NCBI GenBank assembly: GCA_052033915.1
Contig: JBPOJF010000013.1
Span: forward strand, 78,400 to 142,399
Direction of reading: 5' to 3'
DNA length: 64,000 nt
DNA from: Lentisphaerota bacterium
Lineage (GTDB): Bacteria > Verrucomicrobiota > Kiritimatiellia > CAIQIC01 > JAGNIJ01
A program made the position numbers and the translations under genes. Positions 52,749-62,675 of the stretch are shown one piece after another (within the stretch, counting starts at the first letter, position 1; each line of letters opens with the position of its first letter). The notes beneath the pieces were generated by a model. That model worked only from the letters and a program-made list of their open reading frames with translations, had not been told where the DNA came from and did not search any database.

Positions 52749-53611
52749 AAAACCGCAACCGGCCCCTGCTCTCCTTCGAGTTCTTCCCCCCGAAGGACGA
52801 GGCCGGGATGGACGCGCTGAAAAACGCCGCGGCAAAATTGCTTTCGGCGAAACCGGATTTCGTCACCGTGACGTACGGCGCGGGCGGCTCCACCCGGCAG
52901 AAGACGCTCGATATCTGCGGCATGCTGAACACCCTGGGCTTCACGGCCCTCATGCCGCACGTGACGTGCGTCGGCCACACCCGCGCGGAACTCGAGGACA
53001 TCGCGGACGAGATTCACCGCCGCGGCTTCCGGAACATCATGGCCCTGCGCGGCGATCCGCCGAAGGGCGAGACGGTGTTCCGGCCCGCGCCGGACGGCCT
53101 CGCGCACGCATCGGACCTGGTGAAGCTGATCCGGGCGAGGCACGACGACATCTGCTGCGGCGTCGCCGGCTATCCCGAGAAGCATCCTGAAGCCGCGTCG
53201 CTCGATGCGGACATCGCAAACTTGAAGATCAAGACCAATGCGGGCGCGGCCTTCGTCACGACCCAGCTCTTCTTCGACAACCGTTTCTACTTCGATTTCG
53301 TCGGCAAATGCCGCGCCGCGGGCATCCGGCAGCCGATCATCCCGGGGCTGATGCCGGCGCTGTCGTACAAGCAGATCCGCCGGTTCGTGTCCACGTGCGG
53401 CGCGAGCGTCCCGCCGGCCCTTTCCTCCGCGCTGGAACAAGCGGGCGACGACGCCGAGGCCGCATCCGCCGCCGGGATCCAATGGGTTGTGCGGCAGATC
53501 GACGACCTGCTGCGAAACGGCGTGCCCGGGATTCACCTCTACATCCTGAACCGCGCCAAGGTCGCGCTCGCGCCCGCGGTCACGGAATGCTTCGCGCGAT
53601 ATAGGGTCTAA
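52727..53611 (+). CDS. metF: Methylenetetrahydrofolate reductase
   Basis: 'LLSFEFFPPKDEAG', 'FVTVTYGAGGSTRQKT', 'ALRGDPP' MTHFR hallmarks. Confidence 0.85.
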   Translation: MQISHSLKNRNRPLLSFEFFPPKDEAGMDALKNAAAKLLSAKPDFVTVTYGAGGSTRQKTLDICGMLNTLGFTALMPHVTCVGHTRAELEDIADEIHRRGFRNIMALRGDPPKGETVFRPAPDGLAHASDLVKLIRARHDDICCGVAGYPEKHPEAASLDADIANLKIKTNAGAAFVTTQLFFDNRFYFDFVGKCRAAGIRQPIIPGLMPALSYKQIRRFVSTCGASVPPALSSALEQAGDDAEAASAAGIQWVVRQIDDLLRNGVPGIHLYILNRAKVALAPAVTECFARYRV

Positions 53612-53690
53612 TCCAAAGCCCAAAATCGAAAGTCCAATGTCCAAAGTCAGCGGAACGTGCTTAGGACTTTAGACCTTGGACTTACTCGTA
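53612..53690. repeat. Copy 3 of the dispersed inverted-repeat element (ATCCAAAGCCCAAAATCGAAAGTCCAATGTCCAAAGTC ... TTAGGACTTTAGACCTTGGACTTAC)
   Basis: Seen directly between the convergent metF and macB. Confidence 0.5.
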
Positions 53691-55658
53691 GCGCAGCGCC
53701 TCGATCGGATTCAGCAGCGCTGCCTTGCGCGCGGGCCACAGGCCGAACACGATGCCGATCAGCGCCGAGAACAGCGTGGCCAGGAGCACCGACGGCAGCG
53801 ACACGCTTGTGGCCCAGCCCGCGAACTGCGACATGCCGGCCGCAACGCCGCACCCCAGCGCGACGCCGATCAATCCGCCCAGGAGGCTGATCACCAGCGC
53901 CTCGGTGAGGAACTGCGCGAGGATGTGGCGCCGCCGCGCGCCCACGGCTTTCCGCAACCCGATCTCGCGCGTGCGTTCCGTGACGGACACGAGCATGATA
54001 TTCATGATGCCGATGCCGCCGACAACCAGCGAGATGACCGCGATCGACGCAAGGAGCATGGACATCGTCCGGCTGGTCGCGGTCAGCGTCTTCCGGAACT
54101 CGGCCAGGTTACGGATCGTGAACGCATCTTGGGCTTTGGCCGGCGGAATTCGATGCCGCCGGCACATCGCATCCCGGATGGCCGTCTGCGCCGAGTCGAT
54201 TTCGGGTTCGCTGGCAATTTCGATACTGACCTGGTCGATATAATCCTTGCCGAACAGGCGGTACATGGCCGTCGTGATGGGGATGATAATCACGTCGTCC
54301 TGGTCGCGCCATCGGTCCGCCCCTTTCTCGGGCAGGATGCCGACAACCTGGAAAGAGATCCGGTTGATCCGGATGAACGCGCCGATGGGGTTCCGGTCGC
54401 CGAACAGTTCTTTCATCGGGGTCAGCCCGATCATCGCCACGCGTGAACGCTGGAGCACGTCGCCCTCCGTCACGAACCGCCCGACCTGCGGAACGGACGC
54501 GCGAATCATCGCGTAGTCCGGCAGCGTCCCGGTGACCTGGGTGCTCCAGTTCTTCCCTTCGTACACGACCTGCGCGCTCCCGTTGACCATGGGCGCGATG
54601 CGGGTGATGGACGGCACCTCTTTCGGCAGTGCGCGAATGTCTTCGAGTGTGATGCGGCTCGCGGCCTGCACCGCGATGCCGCGATCCCGGCTCGAGCCCG
54701 GCCTCAGCATCAGCGAGTTGGAGCCCATGTCCTCCAGTTGCTTGCGAATGGATTCGCTCGCGCCCGTCCCCAGCGCCAGCATCGCGATCACCGCGCTGAC
54801 GCCGATCAGGATGCCCAGCATCGAGAGCCCCGTGCGCACCTTGTTGGCGCGCAATGTCCGCAGCGCCTGCCGGACCAGACCGACGCCGCGGCGCACGCGC
54901 ACGAACAGGGGAACGCCGAACATCGAACGCCGACCGTCCGGCTTCGGCGTCGGGCGCCGGGGGTCGGGCGTCGGACGTTCGAGCCTCGCGCGCTTGCGTT
55001 CGTCCGAAACCACCGTCCCGTCCCGCAGCGTGATGACCCGTTCGGCATACGCGGAAATTTCCGCTTCGTGCGTGACGAGGATCACCGTTTTTCCCCGGCG
55101 GTGAAGCTCCGCAAGAACGGCCATAATCTCCGTCGCGCTGGCGGAATCCAGGTTCCCTGTGGGCTCGTCGGCGAGGATCAGCTCGGGGTCGTTCACCAGT
55201 GCGCGGGCGATCGCCACACGCTGCTGCTGGCCGCCGGACAGTTCGTTCGGCTTGTGCGTCATGCGACGTTCCATGCCCGTATCGCGAAGCAGTTTCTCCG
55301 CCCGGGCCATGTCCACGCGGCCCGCGGAATACAACATCGGCATGACCACGTTTTCCCGGGCGGTCGTCCGCGAAAGAAGGTGGAACTGCTGGAAGACAAA
55401 GCCAACGCTCCGGCTGCGCAGGACGGCGAGGTCGTCTTCGCCCAGGCTGGACACCTCGCGGCCCATCAGGCGGTAACTTCCCGAATCCGGCCGGTCCAGC
55501 AGGCCAATCACGTGCATCAGCGTCGATTTGCCGGAGCCGGACGCCCCCATGATCGCGACGAACTCGCCGCGCTCGATCGTCAGATGGATTCCGTTCACGG
55601 CCGACACCGTGGTGTCGCCCATGCGATATTCGCGGCGGATGTTGGACAACTCGATCAT
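53682..55658 (-). CDS. macB: MacB-type ABC transporter (fused ATPase + FtsX-like permease)
   Basis: Walker A 'GASGSGKST', signature '[15 protein letters not shown]', C-terminal 4-TM FtsX domain with a large periplasmic loop. Confidence 0.8.
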   Translation of the reverse strand: MIELSNIRREYRMGDTTVSAVNGIHLTIERGEFVAIMGASGSGKSTLMHVIGLLDRPDSGSYRLMGREVSSLGEDDLAVLRSRSVGFVFQQFHLLSRTTARENVVMPMLYSAGRVDMARAEKLLRDTGMERRMTHKPNELSGGQQQRVAIARALVNDPELILADEPTGNLDSASATEIMAVLAELHRRGKTVILVTHEAEISAYAERVITLRDGTVVSDERKRARLERPTPDPRRPTPKPDGRRSMFGVPLFVRVRRGVGLVRQALRTLRANKVRTGLSMLGILIGVSAVIAMLALGTGASESIRKQLEDMGSNSLMLRPGSSRDRGIAVQAASRITLEDIRALPKEVPSITRIAPMVNGSAQVVYEGKNWSTQVTGTLPDYAMIRASVPQVGRFVTEGDVLQRSRVAMIGLTPMKELFGDRNPIGAFIRINRISFQVVGILPEKGADRWRDQDDVIIIPITTAMYRLFGKDYIDQVSIEIASEPEIDSAQTAIRDAMCRRHRIPPAKAQDAFTIRNLAEFRKTLTATSRTMSMLLASIAVISLVVGGIGIMNIMLVSVTERTREIGLRKAVGARRRHILAQFLTEALVISLLGGLIGVALGCGVAAGMSQFAGWATSVSLPSVLLATLFSALIGIVFGLWPARKAALLNPIEALRYE

Positions 55659-55663
55659 CGGGA

Positions 55664-56626
55664 CTACCGCGTCCTGCCCCGGCCGAACGGCGTGAACGGG
55701 CTCGTCTTCTCGTCACTGCCGCCGGGCGCCTGCACCTTCGGCGACAACACCGACTCGCCTTCCGCGAGGCCGCCGGCGATTTCAACATTCTTCCCGTCGG
55801 TCTTGCCGACGGCGACTTCGACGGACTTCCGTCCATTCGGATTTCGCGAATCGCGCTTCCACACCACCCGGCGCCCGTCCTCGTCATGCACCGTCTCCGC
55901 GGGAAGAATGAGCACATTCGTCGCCGTCACCGCGGTGAACACGACGCTGGCCGTCATACCGCTTCGCACGAAGCCGGGCATCTTCGCGGGAAGGACTTCC
56001 ACCTTGTAGATGGTCACGTTCTGAACCGTTTCCGCCTCATACGAGATCCGGCTGACCGCCGCGTCGAACCGCTCGTCGGGATACGCGTCCAGCGTCACCG
56101 TGACGGGCCGGCCCAGGGAGACCCGGGCGAGATCCGTTTCGTCCACCTGCGCTTCCACAATGAGCACGTCCGACATCACCAGCAGCGTGTCGCCGGCGCC
56201 CACGGTCTGACCGGGCTCGACGTCACGCGCGATGATCGTTCCGTCGAGCGGAGCGATGATCGGCGTGGCCTTGTAGATTTCCTGCCAGTGCGCAAGCGCC
56301 TCGGGCCCCCGCGCGCGGGCGGCATCCAGCAGCGCGGCGCGGTCGGTCGAACTCATCCACGCGATCGTCTGGCCCGCCTTGACCGGCTCCCCTTCCTGCA
56401 CCCGCACCTCCTCCATGCGCCCCGCGATCGGCGGCTTGATCTCAAGCCGGTTCCGGGGACGGACTTCTGCTGTGGATTGGACGGTCACTTCGATGTTTCC
56501 GCGCCCGACCGTGACGGCGCCGTAGGTCTGTTCCGCCCCGGTGTTTTTCTTCGCGCTCGACGTCCAGCAGGCATAGCCGGCGGCGAGTACGGCGAAAACC
56601 ACGATCCAGAATCCGAGTTTTTTCAT
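55664..56626 (-). CDS. macA: Periplasmic adaptor subunit (HlyD/MacA family)
   Basis: Signal anchor 'MKKLGFWIVVFAVLAAGYAC', lipoyl/beta-barrel motifs 'GEPVKAGQTIAWMSS', 'IIAPLDGTIIARDVEPGQTV'. Confidence 0.75.
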   Translation of the reverse strand: MKKLGFWIVVFAVLAAGYACWTSSAKKNTGAEQTYGAVTVGRGNIEVTVQSTAEVRPRNRLEIKPPIAGRMEEVRVQEGEPVKAGQTIAWMSSTDRAALLDAARARGPEALAHWQEIYKATPIIAPLDGTIIARDVEPGQTVGAGDTLLVMSDVLIVEAQVDETDLARVSLGRPVTVTLDAYPDERFDAAVSRISYEAETVQNVTIYKVEVLPAKMPGFVRSGMTASVVFTAVTATNVLILPAETVHDEDGRRVVWKRDSRNPNGRKSVEVAVGKTDGKNVEIAGGLAEGESVLSPKVQAPGGSDEKTSPFTPFGRGRTR

Positions 56627-56677
56627 AAACTGCCTCCGTTGCAGAAGCGCCTTCGAGACGCGGCACGGATGCCGCAT

Positions 56678-57955
56678 CTACCTTAATTCCGGTAAACGGC
56701 TTTTCCCCTGCGCTTTCTCCCAATTCGCCTCCGCGGTGACGGCATTCCGCCGTCCCGCGAGGTCGCTCTTTTGGCTGCCGATCAGGTCGTTTTCGATCCG
56801 ATCCCAGTCCTCGAACGAGATCATCCCCGACGCATACTGGCTTCGCCCGATCTCGGCGCGGACCTCCTCGGCTTCCAGGTAGGCCGCGTTCACCTCGGAC
56901 TGGTCAACCGCGTCGGCATAGTCGACCAGCGCCTTCTGAAGATTCGCCACGATCTCCGCGTCGGCCGCTCTCAGGACGGCTTCCGCCCGCGCCAGTTCCG
57001 CCCGCGCGCCGCGCACATTCATGACGTTCTTACCGCCCTGAAAGAATGGGAAGCTCATCGTCAGGCCCACGAACCACTCGTCCTGCTCGGGCATCCAGTC
57101 TTCGCCGTTCCGACCCGCCGAGGCCCTTGCCGCGATTTCGGGGAAATACCGGCTCTTCGCGGACTCCACGCCGGCCCGCGCGATCAGGAGTTGGGCCACG
57201 GCGCGCCTGTGCGCGGGCGTGTCGGCCGCCAGGGCTTCAAAATCCGCTTCGGTGTCCGGTTTTCCGGCTTCCAGCTTTCCAGCCGCTTCCACGCCTTCGC
57301 TTTCGCTGCGGCCCAGTACGCGGACCAGTTGCCGGCGCGCGACGGCGTGATACCGCTCCGCCTGCGCGACCCCGAACTCGGCGTCGCGCAAGGAGGCCTG
57401 CGTGAGAAGAAGAGCGCCCTTGTGTTCGCGGCCGCCCTCGTAACGAAGCTGAATCAGGTCCAGGTTCTCGGTGCGGCGTCTCGCGATCTCGCGCGCAAGC
57501 GTGACCTGCTCCTGCGCAAACAACAGGCCGGCAAACGCGGTTCGCACGTCGCCGCTGAGCGTCGCGCGGCGTTCGGCGAGGTCGGCCTCGACGGATTGAA
57601 GCCGCGCGGCGGCGGCGTCCACGGCGGCGCGGTTGCGTCCGCCCGTGTACAGGCTCTGGCTCGCGGAAACGCCGTACGACGCGCTGTCGCGCGTGGTGGA
57701 GCTTCCGTCTTCACCGGACTCCGCGCCGCTCCGGCTGCCGCCCGCGTTCGCCGACACCTGGGGCAGCAGATCGCCGTAGCTGGCCTTGTGGTCGTACCGG
57801 GCCTTCTCCGCGGCCGCCACCGCCGCCGCGAGGTCGGGGTTGTTCGCGGCCGCCTCTGCGAGACAGTCGTCGAGCGTCAGGGACCCTTCCGCGCCGGCCA
57901 GGGTTGCCATCGCAAGCAGACACGAGATCAACACGACGTGTTTCATAAAAAACAT
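56678..57955 (-). CDS. tolC: TolC family outer-membrane efflux protein
   Basis: Signal peptide, 'LTLDDCLAEAAANNPDLAAAVAAAEKA' TolC N-terminal repeat, and the two-repeat coiled-coil architecture. Confidence 0.8.
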   Translation of the reverse strand: MFFMKHVVLISCLLAMATLAGAEGSLTLDDCLAEAAANNPDLAAAVAAAEKARYDHKASYGDLLPQVSANAGGSRSGAESGEDGSSTTRDSASYGVSASQSLYTGGRNRAAVDAAAARLQSVEADLAERRATLSGDVRTAFAGLLFAQEQVTLAREIARRRTENLDLIQLRYEGGREHKGALLLTQASLRDAEFGVAQAERYHAVARRQLVRVLGRSESEGVEAAGKLEAGKPDTEADFEALAADTPAHRRAVAQLLIARAGVESAKSRYFPEIAARASAGRNGEDWMPEQDEWFVGLTMSFPFFQGGKNVMNVRGARAELARAEAVLRAADAEIVANLQKALVDYADAVDQSEVNAAYLEAEEVRAEIGRSQYASGMISFEDWDRIENDLIGSQKSDLAGRRNAVTAEANWEKAQGKSRLPELR

Positions 57956-58012
57956 CCGGATACTACCCCCGCCGCCGAAGCGGGTCGAGAAGGTTGTGCC
58001 TTCGCGGTTTCA

Positions 58013-59107
58013 TCACGAACAACGCGCGCGGGCCCCGTTTATTGCATGATGCCTGTACGTTTCTTGAAGAGCCCACTCCGCATGCTCCCGGATCAACGGA
58101 TCCGGATCGCGCGCGGCCGTCCGCAAAACCTCCAGCGACGATGAATCCCGCGCGTTTCCCAGGGCCACCGCCACATTTCTCAGCAGGCCGCTGCGCTTCG
58201 CGCGCAGGACGGGCGTTCCGGCGAACCGCTCGCGGAAACCGTCTTCGTCCAGCCCCATGAGGTCTGCGAGTTTGGGGGCACAGAGATGTTCATGAAAGCT
58301 CAGGAATCCGGCCGCCGCGCCGCTGAGGGAGACATTCAGGGTTCGGCGTGCGGCTGCATTCCGCGGGCAGGCCTGCTGGCATTCGTCGCAGCCGAAAATC
58401 CAATTGCCCATCTTCGGGCGAAGCTCTTCCGGAATGGCGCCGCGATGCTCGATCGTGAGATAGGACAGGCACTTCCGGGCATCCAGTCCATACGGTTCCA
58501 CCAGCGCGCCGGTCGGACAGCGCTGGAGACAGCGGGAGCAGTCGTTGCAGGAATGGCCAACTTCCAATTGGGAATGGGCCATTGAAGATTGGAAATCGAG
58601 CTTCGCGTCCAGAAGCACTTCTCCGAGGAACAGGTACGATCCGAAATCCGGATGAATCAAATTCGTGTTCTTTCCCAAAAACCCCAATCCCGCGTGCGCT
58701 GCTAAATCCCGCTCCAGGACCGGGCCGGTATCCACGTTCACGCGAACCCCGGCGCCCCGCCCCGTTTCCTCGCGCACGAAGGCCGCAAGCTCTTCCAGCA
58801 TCGGCCGCATCACGTCGTGGTAATCGCGGCCCCACGCGAAGCGCGAGATGCGGCCGCGTGTCGGATCGTTCCAAATCACCGGCGGCGGGTCCTGGACGAA
58901 GTAACTGAGCCCGCAGACGATGGCGGTTTGGGAGGAAGGGCGGACGCGGCGATCGACATCCTTCCCCATCCAGGTCATGCCGGCGGCGCGGCCGGAGTCC
59001 AGCCAGCGCCGGAACTCCCCGCCGCTCGCCGGTTGAGCAGACCCGACACGCGCCGTATCGAAACCAATGGCGGCCGCCTTCTCCAGAATCTTGTCCGTCA
59101 GGCTCAT
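58013..59107 (-). CDS. queG: Epoxyqueuosine reductase (tRNA-Q biosynthesis, 4Fe-4S + cobalamin-type fold)
   Basis: 'MSLTDKILEKAAAIGFD', 'CNDCSRCLQRCPTGAL' and 'CDECQQACPRN' twin ferredoxin motifs, C-terminal HEAT-like 'LIREHAEWALQ'. The track ORF's first 93 aa are an artefact. Confidence 0.8.
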   Translation of the reverse strand: MSLTDKILEKAAAIGFDTARVGSAQPASGGEFRRWLDSGRAAGMTWMGKDVDRRVRPSSQTAIVCGLSYFVQDPPPVIWNDPTRGRISRFAWGRDYHDVMRPMLEELAAFVREETGRGAGVRVNVDTGPVLERDLAAHAGLGFLGKNTNLIHPDFGSYLFLGEVLLDAKLDFQSSMAHSQLEVGHSCNDCSRCLQRCPTGALVEPYGLDARKCLSYLTIEHRGAIPEELRPKMGNWIFGCDECQQACPRNAAARRTLNVSLSGAAAGFLSFHEHLCAPKLADLMGLDEDGFRERFAGTPVLRAKRSGLLRNVAVALGNARDSSSLEVLRTAARDPDPLIREHAEWALQETYRHHAINGARARCS

Positions 59108-59186
59108 TGGCGTCTCGGCATTCCTGCCGGGCTGTGAAACGGCCGGCCTTCGCGCCGCCGCTTTTCCGTTTGTTGACGATGAAGCA

Positions 59187-59230
59187 GTCCAAGGTCCAAA
59201 GTGAAATGGCTTCCACCGACTTTGGACTTC
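59187..59230. repeat. Copy 4 of the dispersed inverted-repeat element (CAGTCCAAGGTCCAAAGTG ... CCGACTTTGGACTTC)
   Basis: Seen directly between queG and the AhpD-like gene. Confidence 0.5.
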
Positions 59231-59232
59231 TT

Positions 59233-59571
59233 TTACTTCCCGTTCGCCTCCAGCGCGTCGAACACTTTCGGCAGGTATGTGAACGACGGCCCGCCCTGCA
59301 TCATCACGCAAACGGAAACCGCCTCCAGAATTTCCTCCCGGGTCGCGCCGACGGCGAGGCACTTCTTCACATGAAGATAGATGCACGGCTCGCAGCGCAA
59401 CGCGACCCCGATCGCGAGAGCGATCAGCTCTTTGGTCTTCAACGGCAGAACGCCATCCTTGATCGCGGCATCAAACAGCGCCTGGAAACTCTTCGCCGTG
59501 CCCGGCATCGCCTGCTGCAGCTTGCCGAAGTCCTTCTTGTACTTGTCGTAAAATCCTTTCGCGTCCGACAT
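59233..59571 (-). CDS. Carboxymuconolactone decarboxylase (AhpD-like) family protein
   Basis: 112 aa, 'ALRCEPCIYLHVKKCLAVGATREEILEAVSV' (CxxC AhpD-core motif). Confidence 0.75.
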   Translation of the reverse strand: MSDAKGFYDKYKKDFGKLQQAMPGTAKSFQALFDAAIKDGVLPLKTKELIALAIGVALRCEPCIYLHVKKCLAVGATREEILEAVSVCVMMQGGPSFTYLPKVFDALEANGK

Positions 59572-59966
59572 GAGCTGTTCCTTTCGTTTTGACTGCGCAG
59601 AATGTACTGCAAGATTCTCGATCTTCCAACGTTCGGCCGTCCATTGCGGAAAAAATCCAACCTCAGGACACCCCTCGTCTCCATCGCATCCGTCCCGGGA
59701 AAAACGCGCTCACAGAAAGCTCATTTCACGCGCTTCAGTAAAACGCTACACTTGCATCATGGTTTTTATAGCGCTGTGTAAGGAAATGCCTACAAATAAG
59801 CTGGATTTATCAATAAAAACGGGTATGAACTCTAAACACAAATTGCGGATTTGCGTACGGTAAATCGCATATTGAATCGGCGGAGTTTCAGGATATTGTA
59901 TTTCGCCCGAACGCAGATGTGAAGGAAGCCGGTTCGGGCAGTCGATGATCAACCAAAGGGAATGAT

Positions 59967-60206
59967 ATGCAAACGGGAGAACGTGTTGTGGACAATCAGT
60001 TGTTGAGCGAGAGGATTCAGATTGAGCGTAAACAATTCTTTTTTGATTTGAAGGAAAATCCCCGCGGGCGATTTCTGAAAATCACGGAGGAAGTGGGCGG
60101 CCGCAGGGACACCATCATCATCCCTTCCACCGGTCTGGAGCTTTTCCTTTCTTCCGTCGAGAAGGCCATCGAAGCGGACAAGGCAAACAGCATCGGGAAT
60201 TCCTGA
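59967..60206 (+). CDS. DUF3276 (bacterial Pur-alpha-like ssDNA/RNA-binding) family protein
   Basis: 'SERIQIERKQFFFDLKENPRGRFLKITEEVGGRRDTIIIPSTGLELF' matches the PUR-repeat DUF3276 core. Preceded by an unusually AT-rich ~250-nt region. Confidence 0.5.
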   Translation: MQTGERVVDNQLLSERIQIERKQFFFDLKENPRGRFLKITEEVGGRRDTIIIPSTGLELFLSSVEKAIEADKANSIGNS

Positions 60207-60316
60207 GAAACCCCGTTGGACGGTGTTTGAACAAGCGCCCGGCGCAATTCAGCGTCGGGCGTTTTGTCTATCGCCATTGCGCTCATGGGGCAATCCGGCT
60301 AAGGTAAACGCCGGAC

Positions 60317-60922
60317 ATGAGCACAGATCCGGCACCCACCCCCGACACAAGCCAGCCCCACGACCGCGCGCTGGTCGCCGCCGCGAGCCGGGGCGATCTG
60401 GCGGCTTACGACCAGCTTGTCCGGCGCCACCAGTCGCGTATTTACGGCCTTGTGTACAACATGACGAGCAGCAAGGAGGATGCGGAGGACCTGGTCCAGG
60501 ACGTATTTGTGAAGGCTTTTTCGTCCCTGAAAGGCTTTCGGGGCACCTCATCCTTCTACACATGGATCTACCGGATTGCGATCAACCGGACGATCAACTT
60601 CCTCAAAAGGCGGAAAAAGAGGCAGGCGCTGAGCCTGAACGACGTGGACGAAAGGGTCGAACGCGATCCGGCCTACGTGGAACTTTCCGCGCGGGAGTCG
60701 CCGGTCCGGGACACCTCCCTGCTGGAATTGCAGGAAAAGTTGAACAAAGCGCTTTTGACCCTGTCAGAGAAGCATAGAACGGTGGTGGTCCTACACGACA
60801 TCCAGGGCCTTCCGCATGAGGAGATCGCCCGAATAACCGGATGCTCGGCAGGAACGGTACGATCGCGGCTGTTTTACGCAAGGCAACAGCTTCAAGGTGA
60901 ACTTGCGGAGTTTGCGCCATGA
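60317..60922 (+). CDS. ECF-subfamily RNA polymerase sigma-70 factor
   Basis: Region 2 'AYDQLVRRHQSRIYGLVYNMTSSKEDAEDLVQDVFVKAF' and region 4 HTH 'LHDIQGLPHEEIARITGCSAGTVRSRLFYARQQL'. Confidence 0.85.
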   Translation: MSTDPAPTPDTSQPHDRALVAAASRGDLAAYDQLVRRHQSRIYGLVYNMTSSKEDAEDLVQDVFVKAFSSLKGFRGTSSFYTWIYRIAINRTINFLKRRKKRQALSLNDVDERVERDPAYVELSARESPVRDTSLLELQEKLNKALLTLSEKHRTVVVLHDIQGLPHEEIARITGCSAGTVRSRLFYARQQLQGELAEFAP

Positions 60923-61458
60923 AATGTGAATGCGTCAGGCAGCTTCTCGTCGAGTTTGAAGATTCCGCACTTCCCGCCGATGTTTCCGAACATCTGGCCC
61001 GGTGCTCCTCCTGCCGGCAACACAGCCGGCAGATGGACGTCGTGCGGCGGCTCCTGTCGCTCAAACAATACGAGCGTCCTGACCCGGGCTTCGAGGAACG
61101 ATCGGCTTTGACGATTCGTCGCCGGTTGGAAGACAGGGCCCGCAAACCCGAGCCGCTTTTCGGAAGCCTCCGGGAATTCCTGACGGACTATCCGCGGCCC
61201 GTGTTTCGGTATGCGCTGGCAGGCGTCGTCGCCGTGCTGATCGTATTGAACTTCGTTTCGTTGCCCTTGCTCGAACCGGTTCGCCCCGTCGCGCCGATCG
61301 CCCGGATCGCCCCGGCGCCGGCGGCCGAACCCGCAACCATGCCCCTCGAGGTCTATCGCCGGCCCGCCTATGCCGTGTTTCAAGAGCCCTCCAACCGCGG
61401 GCCGGCTCGCGTGGAATACGGCCCGCGCGAATCGGTCCCCGTCCACTTCGAGTACTGA
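60919..61458 (+). CDS. Anti-sigma factor (zf-HC2 N-terminus, single TM, periplasmic C-terminus)
   Basis: ATGA overlap with the sigma gene. 'CVRQLLVEFEDSALPADVSEHLARCSSCRQH' zinc-binding anti-sigma motif. TM 'YALAGVVAVLIVLNFVSL'. Confidence 0.65.
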   Translation: MKCECVRQLLVEFEDSALPADVSEHLARCSSCRQHSRQMDVVRRLLSLKQYERPDPGFEERSALTIRRRLEDRARKPEPLFGSLREFLTDYPRPVFRYALAGVVAVLIVLNFVSLPLLEPVRPVAPIARIAPAPAAEPATMPLEVYRRPAYAVFQEPSNRGPARVEYGPRESVPVHFEY

Positions 61459-61547
61459 CCTCCACTCCGATCGCCTCCGCAATGCTATTGCCGCGCCAGC
61501 GGCGAGAGGGTATTCTGAATTCATCTGAGGGCGTGGAGGAACCTTGA

Positions 61548-62675
61548 ATGTATCTGCCAGAAGCAAGCATTGATTCAGTGCTCGGCGCGATCCGGAAGAT
61601 GGGATTGGGCCCGTCCGACAACGCCCTCATTCTTCTGGGCGAGAAAAACGCGCCCGATCTCTCAAAGCTCGTCGAGGCGCTGCGCGGCGCCGGCGTCCGG
61701 TTCGCCGGAGCGGTCTTTCCGGGCATTCTTCACGGTCACGAGGCGTATTTCGAAGGCGCCATCCTGCTCTCAATGCCGGTCCTTCGCGATCCGATCGTGA
61801 TCAAGAATCTCGACCAGGAAGTAACCGCGTTGCCCGATTTCGGCCCCGAGATCGCCGGGCAGGGCAGCACCCCTTACACGGCCATCGTGCTGGCGGATGC
61901 CCTGTGTCCCAATATCTCGCCGTGTCTGCGGGAGTTGTTCAATCTTCTCGGCAATTCGGCGCATTACATCGGCGGCGGCGCCGGATCCATGACCCTCAAA
62001 CAAAAGCCCTGCGTATTCACCGCGGAGGGAGTCTTTCAGAACGCGGTGGCCATCTGCTTCGCCAGGTTGTCCAGCTCCCTCGGCGTGCGTCACGGCTGGG
62101 AGAACCTGGCGGGGCCCGTGGTGGCCACGAACACCGTTCAAAACACCATCATCGAATTGAACTGGCGCAAGGCCCTCGACGTCTATCGGGAAATTGTCGA
62201 AGCGGATTACGGCAAGTCGATCACCCGGGACACCTTTTTTGAAATCGCGAAGTTTTACTCGTTCGGCATCATCAAGGAAGGAGCGGAAGACATCGTGCGC
62301 GACCCGCTCACCTTGAACGACCGGGACGAGCTCGTCTGCGCGGGGGACATCCCCGAGAACGCCGTTTTGAACATCCTGAAGGCGCGTCCCGAACGCCTGA
62401 TTGAAGCGGCCGACCAGGCCGCCGAAACCAGCCTGGATTTCAGGAACGGCCGGCCGCGGCAGTGCCTCGTGGTGGACTGTATTTCCAGAACCCTGGTTCT
62501 CGGCAAGCGGTTCTCGGAAGAACTGGCCCGGGTGGAACATCGCATCCAGAGCGCGCACAGCGCTCTCGTCCCCGAAGGCATATTGAGCCTGGGGGAAATT
62601 TCCTCCTACGGCGACGGGTATATTGAGCTTTTCAACAAGACCATTGTCGTCGGAATCCTTTACCATGCCGAATGA
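61548..62675 (+). CDS. FIST (N+C) domain sensory protein
   Basis: 375 aa with the FIST_N and FIST_C arrangement ('AIVLADALCPNISP...HYIGGGAGSM', 'LSLGEISSYGDGYIELFNKTIVVGIL'). Confidence 0.6.
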   Translation: MYLPEASIDSVLGAIRKMGLGPSDNALILLGEKNAPDLSKLVEALRGAGVRFAGAVFPGILHGHEAYFEGAILLSMPVLRDPIVIKNLDQEVTALPDFGPEIAGQGSTPYTAIVLADALCPNISPCLRELFNLLGNSAHYIGGGAGSMTLKQKPCVFTAEGVFQNAVAICFARLSSSLGVRHGWENLAGPVVATNTVQNTIIELNWRKALDVYREIVEADYGKSITRDTFFEIAKFYSFGIIKEGAEDIVRDPLTLNDRDELVCAGDIPENAVLNILKARPERLIEAADQAAETSLDFRNGRPRQCLVVDCISRTLVLGKRFSEELARVEHRIQSAHSALVPEGILSLGEISSYGDGYIELFNKTIVVGILYHAE

